Shown here piece by piece: positions 25,249 through 37,336 of a stretch of DNA of 64,000 bases. Numbering within the stretch: the first letter of the stretch is position 1; each line of letters begins with the position of its first letter. The DNA comes from Nemertoderma westbladi (lineage: Eukaryota > Animalia > Xenacoelomorpha), in the NCBI GenBank assembly GCA_032718475.1, contig JAUCBJ010006670.1, positions 20,257 to 84,256 of the forward strand. Direction: 5' to 3'. A program made the translations under genes and the position numbers. Under the pieces are notes generated by a model that saw nothing but the letters and a program-made list of their open reading frames with translations, was not told where the DNA came from and did no database searches.

Positions 25249-26055
25249 CTATAGGGGAATCATAGTATTCGACTAATCAATCAGATATTTATGATGTTAA
25301 ATAGTAAACTAGGTAAATCAGTATATATGATGTTATTTTACACATTTAATACTGTTACTATTTTATATGTGGGGCTTCTGATGAAACATTACAACTTGGC
25401 TACGAATGCAACAGATGCGATTATGCTGCAGTATTGTCGCAATAGAAGTATACCTACTACTTGTTAGGAGTAATAACAGGTCGTGGTATTACCTGTCTTG
25501 CTGCACATAAAAATAAGGTCAACCTATCCAAAACGCCGCGTTAGCGCAGGTTCATGCATGCAGGTTCTGCTAAACTGAATGTAGACACACATAGCTGAAT
25601 ATGACCCCTAGCAGCAGGTGGGGTGGTCGAATGGAATTATGTATATTAATTGGCAAAAATAACCAAGACAACGGAAAAGCAATTAATAACTTAAGGTTCA
25701 GTTTCTTTGTAAAGAAGTCTCCCAGAGATGTAAACTCGTCGCTTCTGCAGACACTACTGGTTCTTCGCTACTGAATTTACAGCTGTTATTGGATATGTTA
25801 ATACAGAGTGTAACTTAATGTTAAAATTTTGGAGTAAATTAAGTTTCTTCTTTCGATAAAAATAACAGGTTTTATAAAATAACACATAAATATGTGTTTA
25901 TATGTATTATATGTATTTATAAAATAAAATAACACATTTTGATATAGGAATTGACTGAACAAACGTAATACTTATACAATATATATTTTTGACCAAATCT
26001 AAAAGCATAAAACCGCTTGCAATGCATGTAATCAGTATTTATTCTTACATATACT

Positions 26056-26160
26056 CAGTGCTGTTTTGGCCTAGTGGTAAACTTGATCTATCAGTAATTA
26101 TAGATCGCGAGTTCGAGCCCCTGGAAAGTAAAGCATATTTTCGCTAAGTTGTGATGAACT
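26056..26160 (+). mobile_element. tRNA-derived SINE fragment
   Basis: A box TGGCCTAGTGG, B box AGTTCGAGCCC; shares downstream TTTTCGCTAAGT with the 21.7-kb copy; no complete cloverleaf. Confidence 0.55.
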
Positions 26161-26544
26161 TGTCACGTCAGGATGAATTTATTTATGATTAGTTGTACAG
26201 AATCGCTCTGAACTTAGCTTTTGTTCGGATCGGATTACCGCAATTTTATGGAGCTGCGTTACCGTCAAAATAAGAAGCTAGAGAATAAAACAATTTGAAG
26301 CAGAACAGAGAAATGTAAATCAGAAAATGTAAGTCAGAAGAGATAAATATGGTATATAAGAGATACAACATCACCATACCACAATAACAGTAAAAGTCAG
26401 TAAAAAAATTTGTTTATTTTTTCAATTTTTATCACAAACATGTGGCTTAAGTCAATATAAAACCATGCTTGGAAGAAGCCTAAATATGTCTACTACACAT
26501 TTGAAATTTGTTGTAAAATCTGACACCTTTTCAATAATGCCCAA

Positions 26545-27127
26545 CATAACGCTATCATACCTCAAAACAAAAATAACGCTATAATATAACGATATTATCC
26601 TACAATAACGCTATCATACTATAATAACGCTATTCCATAACACTATCATATTAAAACAAACTACAATAACAATAAAAGATAATAATGATGTCATACTACA
26701 ATAACGCTATAGTATAACGACCGCTATCACATTATAGTGACGCTATACTATAACGCTACAATACAATAACGCTATAGTACAACACTATAATGACGCTTTA
26801 AAATAATAATATAATACTATACTAACGGTATAATATCACGCTATTACTACAATAATAACGCTATGGTATAACGCTATAAATCTACAATAACGCTATAATA
26901 TAACGCTATCGCACTATAATACAACACTTTCAGATGTTACAGATAACATAACTCTAGTAAACTACAACAAGGCTATAATAACAATATATAATGTTTTCAT
27001 ACAATAACATACGGCTATCATACTACAATAAATCTATAATTATGCTATCGTACTATAACATAACGATTTTCAACTATTACATAACGCTATCACACTATAA
27101 TTGTGCTGTAATATAACGCTTTCATAC
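26545..27127 (-). repeat. Decayed short repeat (ATAACGCTATCATAC-like) abutting the HYDIN exon 9 donor
   Basis: Unit reverse complement GTATGATAGCGTTAT resembles the true donor GTATGAAAGCGTTAT. Confidence 0.7.
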
Positions 27128-27230
27128 CTGTAATCGATATTGTGATCGGCTTTAAAGCTCCATCTATTAGTAGGTTGAAGGTCTCAGTAAATGAACCCAG
27201 TGTGTGGCAGTTAACTGTAATCTCTATAGC
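27128..27230 (-). CDS. HYDIN: HYDIN exon 9 (AIEITVNC...ITISIT)
   Basis: Translated by hand; acceptor CTTTCAG, donor GTATGA, phase 0 to 1. Confidence 0.9.
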
Positions 27231-28316
27231 CTGAAAGGAATGATGGTAGGTGGGTGAGCTCGTGTATTATAATATAAACACGTTGTGGGGATTTCGCGCA
27301 GCACGAGAGCCGATATAAGAAAAGTGTTACATATACGAAAAATGTCTTTCCCCAAATATCAATGTGTGATGCCTTCAGTTTGCGTGAACGTGGTTCTAAA
27401 AACAGAAGTCCATTTAAGTTTGGTCTTGCACGGTTTTAACTGTCATTTGCTACTAATTTGGGCTGATTAAGTTCAGTATGACATTTTTAGTTTTACAATA
27501 CTCCCCTCCTTCATTAGCCTCGTTGCGCTCGTCCTGTTTTGTCACAATTTTTTTTTTCAAAATAGTTTTTACGTAGACTGACGACCTTTATAACTATGTA
27601 AAGATGCTGAAAATCTAAAAATATCCGTTTTATGGCGCATATGGATACTCTTATGCACTTCAAAACTCATTACGTTCATCATGTACAACCTGGTCACCAA
27701 ATATATACCTAACAACATTCCATTATCAGTATTGGACAAAATGACATAGCGTCCAATATTACTAAACCATGTGGTTTACGTGTATTTTCAAAACAATACT
27801 CGATATTCGGAGTCAACACAGACTCGTCTTCATTACAACCATCGTTGCACTCGTCCTGTACATCTGGTCACCAAAATAAAAGGCTCTCTAAAACATTCCA
27901 CCACCGGTACTGATTAAAATGACATATCGTCCAATATGTCAAACAAGGTTGTGTACTAGTATAGTCAACACAACACTCGTCTCCTTCATTAGCCTCGTTG
28001 TGCTTGTCCTGAAGGCCCCACGCAAATTCTACTTGGAAAATTTCTAAACTTTTGCCAAATAACATGTGTACCAAGTTTCGTTAGATTTTATCTATAGGAT
28101 TAGCTGAGTTATACGTTTAAAAACCCGGATATACAGATCTACAGACACGCCGATTGAGACAGTGATACCCGTCTGCTCAGCTCGCTTACTTTCGTGAATC
28201 GCCCCACACCCTAAACTTACGGACTACATAAACATCAATAAACAACACTTGGCTTCATAAAAATACCACAGATCGGTAAAAAAATTTCATATTCACTAAC
28301 AATTTCATCATTCTGT

Positions 28317-29703
28317 TTATAGATTTACCAACCTGGTGTCCGTCCGGCTGTATTATAGATTGACCATCCTGGTGTCCGTCCGGCTGTATTATAGATTGAC
28401 CAACCTGGTGTCATCAGTCCGGTTGTAGTAAAGATTGTCCAACCTGGTGTCCGTCCGGCAGTATTATAGATTGACCAACCTGGTGTCCGTCCGGCTGTAT
28501 TATAGATTGACCAACCTGGTGTCCGTCCGGCTGTATTATAGATTGACCATCCTGGTGTCCGTCCGGCTGTATTATAGATTGACCAACCTGGTGTCCGTCC
28601 GGCAGTATTATAGATTTACCAACCTGGTGTCCGTCCGGCAGTATTATAGTTTGACCAACCTGGTTTCCGTCCGGCTGTATTATAGATTGACCAACCTGGT
28701 GTCATCAGTCCGGCTGTAGTAAAGATTGTCCAACCTGGTGTCCGTCCGGCAGTATTATATTTGACCAACCTGGTGTCCGTCTGGCGGTATTATAGATTGA
28801 TCAACCTGGTGTCCGTCCGGCTGTATTATAGATTGACCATCCTGGTGTCATCAGTCCGGCTGTAGTAAAGATTGTCCAACCTGGTGTCCGTCCGGCAATA
28901 TTATAGATTGACCAACCTGGTGTCCGTCCGGCAGTATTATAGATTTACCAACCTGGTGTCCGTCCGGCAGTATTATAGTTTGACCAACCTGGTTTCCGTC
29001 CGGCTGTATTATAGATTGACCAACCTGGTGTCATCAGTCCGGCTGTAGTAAAGATTGTCCAACCTGGTGTCCGTCCGGCAGTATTATATTTGACCAACCT
29101 GGTGTCCGTCTGGCGGTATTATAGATTGATCAACCTGGTGTCATCAGTCCGGCTGTAGTAAAGATTGTCCAACCTGGTGTCCGTCCGGCTGTACTATAGA
29201 TTGACCAACATGGTGTCCGTCCGGCTATATTATAGATTGACCAACCTGGTGTCCGTCCGGCTGTATTATAGATTGACCAACCTGGTGTCCGTCCGGCTGT
29301 ATTATAGATTGACCATCCTGGTGTCCGTCCGGCTGTATTATAGATTGACCAACCTGGTTTCCGTCCGGCTGTATTATAGATTGACCAACCTGGTGTCATC
29401 AGTCCGGTTGTAGTAAAGATTGTCCAACCTGGTGTCCGTCCGGCAATATTATATTTGACCAACCTGGTGTCAGTCCGGCTGTAGTATAGATTGATCAACC
29501 TGGTGTCCGTCCGGCTGTACTATAGATTGACCAACATGGTGTCCGTCCGGCTATATTATAGATTTACCAACCTGGTGTCCATCCGGCGGTATTATATTTG
29601 ACCAACCTGGTGTCCGTCCGGCTGTATTAGATATTTACCAACCTGGTGTCCGTCCGGCTGTATTATAGATTGACTAACCTGGTGTCCGTCCGGCAGTATT
29701 ATA
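28317..29703 (-). repeat. 36-bp (some 39-bp) minisatellite containing the HYDIN exon 8 end plus donor, about 37 copies
   Basis: Minus-strand unit ACAGCCGGACGGACACCAG|GTTGGTCAATCTATAAT. Confidence 0.95.
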
Positions 29704-29875
29704 CCCTCGGAAGGTTCGAACCGGAATGCAGCTCCAAACTTGGAGTTGTTGGGTTGGATATTGTAGAGTGCGTCGATGGCGCCTCGGTTGGATAAAATTA
29801 CTTCGTACGAATGACTCGAGTTGATAAACACATTGCCGATGTCCAGCGTGTCGAAGGATAATTGGACATCGGGAC
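29679..29875 (-). CDS. HYDIN: HYDIN exon 8 (GPDVQ...PDGHQ)
   Basis: Acceptor TTTCTCTAG, donor CAG|GTTAGT, phase 1 to 0. Confidence 0.92.
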
Positions 29876-29879
29876 CTAG

Positions 29880-31115
29880 AGAAATAAAGTTTGTGAGTAC
29901 ATCCACAGCACTAATGGCCAGGAGGAAATAAATTGTGTAACTGCTATAAGGGTTAGGGGAAAGTAAAGTTTGTATATAAATGCACTCAGGGTTAGGGGAA
30001 AATAAAGTTTGTATATAACTGCACTAAGGGTTAGGGGGAAATAAAGTTTGTGATTGCAGCCACAACACTGAGGGTCAGGGGAAAATAAAGTTTGTATATA
30101 ACTGCACTAAGGGTAAGGGGGAATAAAGTTTGTATATAATTGTACTCAGGGTTAGGGGGAAATAAAGTTTGTGACTGCAGCCACAGCACTGAGGGTCAGG
30201 GGGAAAATAAAGTTTGTATATAACTGCACTAAGGGTTAGAGGAAAATAAAGTTTCTATATAATTGCACTCAGGTTTAGGGGGAAATAAAGTTTGTGATTG
30301 CAGCCACAACACTGAGGGTCAGGGGAAAATAAAGTTTGTATATAACTGAACTAAGGGTAAGGGGGAAATAAAGTTTGTATATAATTGCACTCAGGGTTAG
30401 GGGGAAATAAAGTTTGTGACTGCAGCCACAGCACTGAGGTTCAGGGGAAAATAAACTTTGTATATAAATAACTGCAAACTGCACTAAGGGTAAGGGAGAA
30501 ATAAAGTTTGTATATAACTGCACTAAGGGTAAGGGGGAATAAAGTTTGTATATAATTGTACTCATGGTTAGGGGGGAATAAGTTTGTAACTGCAGCCACA
30601 GCACTGAGCGTCAGGGGGAAATAAAGTTTATATATAACTGCACTAAGGGTAAGGGGGAAATAAAGTTAGTATATAATTGCACTCAGGGTCAAGGGAAACT
30701 AAAGTTTGTATATAACTGCACTAAGGGTAAGGGGGGAATAAAGTTTGTATATAATTGTACTCAGGGTTAGGGGAAAATAAAGTTTGTGACTGCAGCCACA
30801 GCACTGAGGGTCAGGGGGGAAATAAAGTTTGTATATAACTGCACTAAGGGTTAGGGGGAAATAAAGTTTCTATATAATTGCACTCAGGTTTAGGGGGAAA
30901 TAAAGTTTGTATATAATTGCACTCAGGGTTAGGGGGAAATAAAGTTTGTGATTGCAGCCACAGCACTGAGGTTCAGGGGAAAATAAACTTTGTATATAAA
31001 TAACTGCAAACTGCACTAAGGGTAAGGGAGAAAAGTTTGTATATAAATGCACTCAGGGTTAGGGGGAAATAAAGTTTGTATATAACTGCACTAAGGGTCC
31101 GGGGAAAATACTTTG
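29880..31115 (-). repeat. About 38-40-bp minisatellite derived from the HYDIN exon 8 branchpoint/pyrimidine tract
   Basis: Units share CAAACTTTATTTC with the true acceptor tract; many also contain CTAAC or CTGAC. Confidence 0.88.
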
Positions 31116-31279
31116 TATGTAAATAACAGGACAAAGGATAAGATGGAAATTAAATTAATTAAAACCTGAAATCCTCGTATTTTTTGTCCCTTATTTATTG
31201 AATTGAGTTTGCGGACAATGTACAATACAGTTAATGTCCTCTTAGAGGCTTCGTAAATAAATATTAATTCACAACTAAC

Positions 31280-31436
31280 CAGTTCCGTCAGCCTTTATCT
31301 CCACGGGTATTCTAGCTTCTCGACCAGACACGTCAAGGTAAGCCCAACACGAATACGATTGGACCTGGGTCGGCTTAAAGATCACCTGGATATCCTGATC
31401 TGAGTGGGGCCAAATATCACCTTCCAACGGGATTAT
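31280..31436 (-). CDS. HYDIN: HYDIN exon 7 (IIPLEGDIWP...KADGT)
   Basis: Not in the ORF track, translated by hand; acceptor TTACCAG, donor GTTAGT, phase 0 to 1. Confidence 0.92.
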
Positions 31437-32540
31437 CTGGTAATAAATAATAAAATAGTTATTTTCTAAATATAAAACCTAAAAGTGAAGGAGTTGCTTA
31501 GATAAAAAATGTGACAAAGGTTTTTCGTGAGTAACTATGGGTTTATAGATTACAAAAATTCCATGCTCCAAAAATATTTGTAGTGGAACATTAAGTGCTG
31601 GAATTCTAAAGAAATTGGCGTAATACAGGCCAAACCAAAGGTAGAGTAGAGGAAAATAATGTTCAACATAGTGAGTGATGGTCCACAATAATTTAATTAA
31701 AAAAAAATAGTAAAATTGCACTGAAAAAAGCTGACATATTTAGCAAAATAAAAGTTGCATTGATTTTAGGTGTAATTTATTTCCTTGTTTTAGTTTAAAA
31801 CCGCAATAGTTTATGATATAACGAATTTATATTCTTTTGGAAACAAGGGTTTTATAGTGGGAGTGGATCGTATAAATTTACTTTTTTTAGTCGAAAATTT
31901 GTATTAATAAGCTCCCTCCATATATTGTATACAGTATTGTAAACCAAATGATAATAAAACTGATTAAATGATTAGTCAACTAGCCGTTGCTCTGGAAACT
32001 AAATGGTCAAAGTATGTATAAGTGCATAGTTCATTCGTTATGTATGTTAGTTAATACATTTTAATACGCCTATGGTAAGATTTTTATTAGAACCTATTCC
32101 AAGAGGTACTTATAAGATATTTGGTAATTTTTTCACAATTTCACATTTTTATGTCGCTAGACCGCGCACTCCACTACTAATAAATATAACTCAGAAATTA
32201 TAATAAAATAAAATATGATAGTTAACTAAGTTTACTCTAACCAAACAACATCATAGTTTCCTGTAATACCATTACAATAACATTGTAATACCACTAAAAT
32301 TTCATAAAAGTTAACCCTGAAACAATGCTTTTTATAAAGTGAAAGTAAATAATTATTTAAATATCAGTGGCTTGCTTGGATGTCATTAAATCATTCATAA
32401 TATGTCAAAGTAAATAATTGTCAAAGTCACATATTAAAAAAAAGTTTCAGTTTCAGATTTTGAAAACTGAAGCCTAAACGTTTTGAATATTTTCATGAAA
32501 TCATTGATGAATCCAAAATTAATGTAATTGCTAAACCTAC

Positions 32541-32735
32541 TTGGAAGTTGTCGTCGTTGAATAACATCTGGTCTCCCATGACAACCCTTTGTTTGTTACC
32601 GAAGGTTCGATTGATCCGAGTGAGTTTATCTTTGGCGTCGATATCGATGTCACATTCCTCCGCGAATCGCAGGAGACCCTCCTGCTGTTCACTAATCAAG
32701 TTATCCAATGAGTATTCGCGTTGGATTTGTTCGAT
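32541..32735 (-). CDS. HYDIN: HYDIN exon 6 (IEQIQ...NDDNFQ)
   Basis: Acceptor TTGCAG, donor GTAGGT, 195 nt. Confidence 0.9.
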
Positions 32736-33321
32736 CTGCAATTTCGTTAGAAATATAATATCCTCATATAATATAAAAAACCCATTCAAATCCAAATCGT
32801 GTCACACAATTCATTTAATCATGACCGACTATAGATATTATCTATACTATCTATAGTAGGTCATGATATAATATTTCTTAATATAGTTTTATTAAATGTT
32901 TTTTCTTAATTATGACGGCTTGTTCAATGATACAGGGAGTGTGGGAAACGGCGCGTAAGTGTTTACTATGGAAGTAGATCACTATGAGAGTGGAAGTGAG
33001 GGAGGTGAGGGAAGGGGGGGGGGGGGGGGGGGGGATGGGCGGGCTCCTTAGCTTAGTTAAATGTAAACTTTAACGTGCGCTATTGACTACGGTTTATGGT
33101 TTTCCTTAGAATAAAATGCCATTGTAACAAGACATTTCGATTTCCCCTAACTCGCCAAGACATCAACAGGCCACTTGTCTCCCAAGATAATAGACTCTCA
33201 CTCTTTGGCTGTATAAAACTAAAAGGAGTCACCCAATCCAATAAACATACTGTACAAATACACACCAAGGCATGTAGCACCCCAACGAGAATTTACATTA
33301 CTTTACCGTTTCACTTATTAC

Positions 33322-33699
33322 CTCGCTTGTGACGTAAGCTTTGAATTCGTAATGAACAATAATGTCACTTTTGTTCCGGACAGTTAGAGAACGCTGATTG
33401 GATAATCCTATAAAGGTGCTGTTTATCCTAAGTGAGTTCCTATCCAATCGGACGTTGATGTTCTCTGCAGCCGCATACAGCGCCACGTAGAGGCGTTCCC
33501 CGGTATCGTATGTGAGCGTCAATTCTCCGTGATGGTCTCCGTTAGAGTTGGCGTTGAATCCCACGTCAACCTGCAGACTCTCGCCGACCGGTAGTACTGC
33601 ATTCTCGGGGGACACGGAGAAGGGAGGCTGAGTCGCCAGCCAGAATTGCGCAGATTTCGCCCCAATGTTGCGGATGTGGAGACATTTAGACGTCGGAAA
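33322..33699 (-). CDS. HYDIN: HYDIN exon 5 (FPTSKC...YVTSE)
   Basis: Acceptor TTTACAG, donor GTAATA, 378 nt; YDTGE and NVRLDRNSL motifs. Confidence 0.93.
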
Positions 33700-34612
33700 C
33701 TGTAAATGAAAGTAAAGTAAAAGTGAAACACCGGAGGTAAATCGGTAGGTACAGTTGTAGGTTGGCATACCTCTACCAAGGTCACCACCGCATTACTAAC
33801 AATTTGCTACAAAACGACTGAAAACCTTACTAAATAAGCAGGCCTCTACTGTATATATAATTTGAGAAATTACATAAAAGGTATTATTGGCACTCATTTT
33901 TTAGCAGCGAAGGTTTTAATATGCGGTTTTCTCTCAGCCACGTAATGTTAAATATTGGAATACAGTAATGTACAATGTATATGTCAAAGCATGCTTTTTA
34001 TAAAGCATACTATGATCATAGCTTGCACTCACTCACAACGTTCGTTTGTATCCGTTTTTTTTTTCACAAAATTTACACATTCCAATCACAAAATTCACAA
34101 TCCAAACGCAAAGTTTCACACAAGTTTTTACACCGCATTATTTACATAATTTGTCCCCATTTTGGCATAAATTAATGACAAGTTATCATTATTATGATTA
34201 ATATCCTCCATGACCCGTAATATGTTGTTATTTTCAGACGACACAGACCAGCACAACTTCTACTGTAATCCACTCACCGTCGTTGGTCATGGATAAGTAA
34301 AAGCGTCTTTTGTGAAATTTCACCCTTCGTATCGCGGCGGCCATATTGTGTGTTACATTCAGTAGAAAAGACAGTTTAAAAAATTAAAGCTTCACAGTCA
34401 CAGATGTTCAGTCAAATCGAAAGGCTTCACGCTAATTTTCACGGGACAAAATTTAAAAAACCTGGCTTGTGTAACAAACAACTTGGATCAGCACATTGCA
34501 CATTTTCGGTTTTGGTTTTTTTGTGTAGAGGATTATCCAGTAATACTAACGATATGATGATATGCCATATATTTTTCTTGCTCAAAATTAGGGTCTTTAC
34601 GCAATTAATTAC

Positions 34613-34795
34613 CTTCACCGGACATTTCGAGAAATTAATTTCATCAGGAAAGTCTATGATCCCTCTAGCGCCTATACATTGCACAGGGAGAACAAACTTT
34701 TCCCTTTCAGTTATGCAGACGAGTTGATGGTAGTAATCTTTGGATTCCTCGGGGGTGAACTGAATCCGAAACTTTATTGGACATCCCGGAGCAAC
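34613..34795 (-). CDS. HYDIN: HYDIN exon 4 (VAPGCP...TEREKF...SKCPVK)
   Basis: Acceptor ATTTAG, donor GTAATT, 183 nt. Confidence 0.93.
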
Positions 34796-35152
34796 CTAAA
34801 TAATTAATAATCACAAAAAATATTAATTGGTGCCCTTCGAGTTGGCCGAGTCGCATCCGGAGTATATCGAGGTGTAGCAAATTACTTTCAGTTTATTACT
34901 ATTTTATGGGATGTCTGGTCTGTCAATCAGTCACCAGTATTATAATATATGGAATCCGGGTAATTAATTGTCCTAGAGGAATTGCCCAGCGACAGAAAGA
35001 CCTGCATTGGCCTACATTCGTATGGCTGTCAGGGTTCATGGATACGTAGGAGTTCGGTAGAAGGCCTTCGCATTGCAAAGGGAATAAAGCACGGTAAGGT
35101 GTCATTCCTATCCATTTAGTAAAATAGTCGGGCCAAATCTCAAGCTAATAAA

Positions 35153-37336
35153 TTAGACTCACATATCGGTTTAATGTTAGACTCACATATCGGTTCAATG
35201 TTAGACTCACATATCGGTTCAATGTTAGACTCACATATCGGTTCAATGTTAGACTCACATATCGGTTCAATGTTAGACTCACATATCGGTTCAATGTTAG
35301 ACTCACATATCGGTTCAATGTTAGACTCACATATCGGTTCAATGTTAGACTCACATATCGGTTCAATGTTAGACTCACATATCGGTTCAATGTTAGACTC
35401 ACATATCGGTTCAATCGGTTCAATGTTAGACTCACATATCGGTTCAATGCTAGACTCACATATCGGTTCAATGTTAGACTCACATATCGGTTCAATGTTA
35501 GACTCACATATCGGTTCAATGTTAGACTCACATATCGGTTCAATGTTAGACTCACATATCGGTTCAATGTTAGACTCACATATCGGTTTAATGTTAGACT
35601 CACATATCGGTTAAATGTTAGACTCACATATCGGTTCAATGTTAGACTCACATATCGGTTCAATGTTAGACTCACATATCGGTTCAATGTTAGACTCACA
35701 TATCGGTTTAATGTTAGACTCACATATCGGTTCAATGTTAGACTCACATATCGGTTTAATGATAGACTCACATATCGGTTCAATGTTAGACTCACATATC
35801 GGTTCAATGTTAGACTCACATATCGGTTCAATGTTAGACTCACATATCGGTTCAATGTTAGACTCATATATCGGTTCAATGTTAGACTCATATATCGGTT
35901 CAATGTTAGACTCACATATCGGTTCAATGTTAGACTCACATATCGGTTCAATGTTAGACTCACATATCGGTTCAATGTTAGACTCACATATCGGTTCAAT
36001 GTTAGACTCACATATCGGTTTAATGTTAGACTCACATATCGGTTTAATGTTAGACTCACATATCGGATCAATGTTAGACTCACATATCGGTTCAATGTTA
36101 GACTCACATATCGGTTCAACGTTAGACTCACATATCGGTTTAATGATAGACTCACATATCGGATCAATGTTAGACTCACATATCGGTTCAATGTTAGACT
36201 CACATATCGGTTCAATGTTAGACTCACATATCGGTTTAATGATAGACTCACATATCGGTTCAATGTTAGACTCACATATCGGTTTAATGTTAGACTCACA
36301 TATAGGTTTAATGATAGACTCACATATCGGTTCAATGTTAAACTCACATATCGGTTCAATGTTAGACTCACATATCGGTTCAATGTTAGACTCACATATC
36401 GGTTCAATGTTAGACTCACATATCGGTTCAATGTTAGACTCACATATCGGTTCAATGTTAGACTCACATATCGGTTTAATGATAGACTCACATATCGGTT
36501 CAATGTTAGACTCACATATCGGTTCAATGTTAGACTCACATATCGGTTTAATGTTAGACTCACATATCGGTTCAATGTTAGACTCATATATAGGTTTAAT
36601 GATAGACTCACATATCGGTTCAATGTTAAACTCACATATCGGTTCAATGTTAGACTCACATATCGGTTTAATGTTAGACTCACATATCGGTTCAATGTTA
36701 GACTCACATATCGGTTTAATGATAGACTCACATATCGGTTCAATGTTAGACTCACATATCGGTTTAATGTTAGACTCACATATCGGTTTAATGTTAGACT
36801 CACATATCGGTTCAATGTTAGACTCATATATCGGTTCAATGTTAGACTCACATATCGGTTCAATGTTAGACTCACATATCGGTTCAATGTTAGACTCACA
36901 TATCGGTTCAATGTTAGACTCACATATCGGTTCAATGTTAGACTCACATATCGGTTTAATGTTAGACTCACATATCGGTTTAATGTTAGACTCACATATC
37001 GGATCAATGTTAGACTCACATATCGGTTCAATGTTAGACTCACATATCGGTTCAACGTTAGACTCACATATAGGTTTAATGATAGACTCACATATCGGAT
37101 CAATGTTAGACTCACATATCGGTTCAATGTTAGACTCACATATCGGTTTAATGTTAGACTCACATATCGGTTTAATGATAGACTCACATATCGGTTCAAT
37201 GTTAGACTCACATATCGGTTCAATGTTAGACTCACATATCGGTTCAATGTTAGACTCACATATCGGTTCAATGTTAGACTCACATATCGGTTCAATGTTA
37301 GACTCACATATCGATTCAATGTTAGACTCACATATC
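35153..37336. repeat. 24-bp minisatellite, about 90 copies
   Basis: Unit GTTAGACTCACATATCGGTTCAAT. Confidence 0.97.

Noticed and set aside
17422-37336. Tandem arrays as CRISPR arrays
   Set aside because: No unique spacers, no cas genes, and a eukaryotic intron context.
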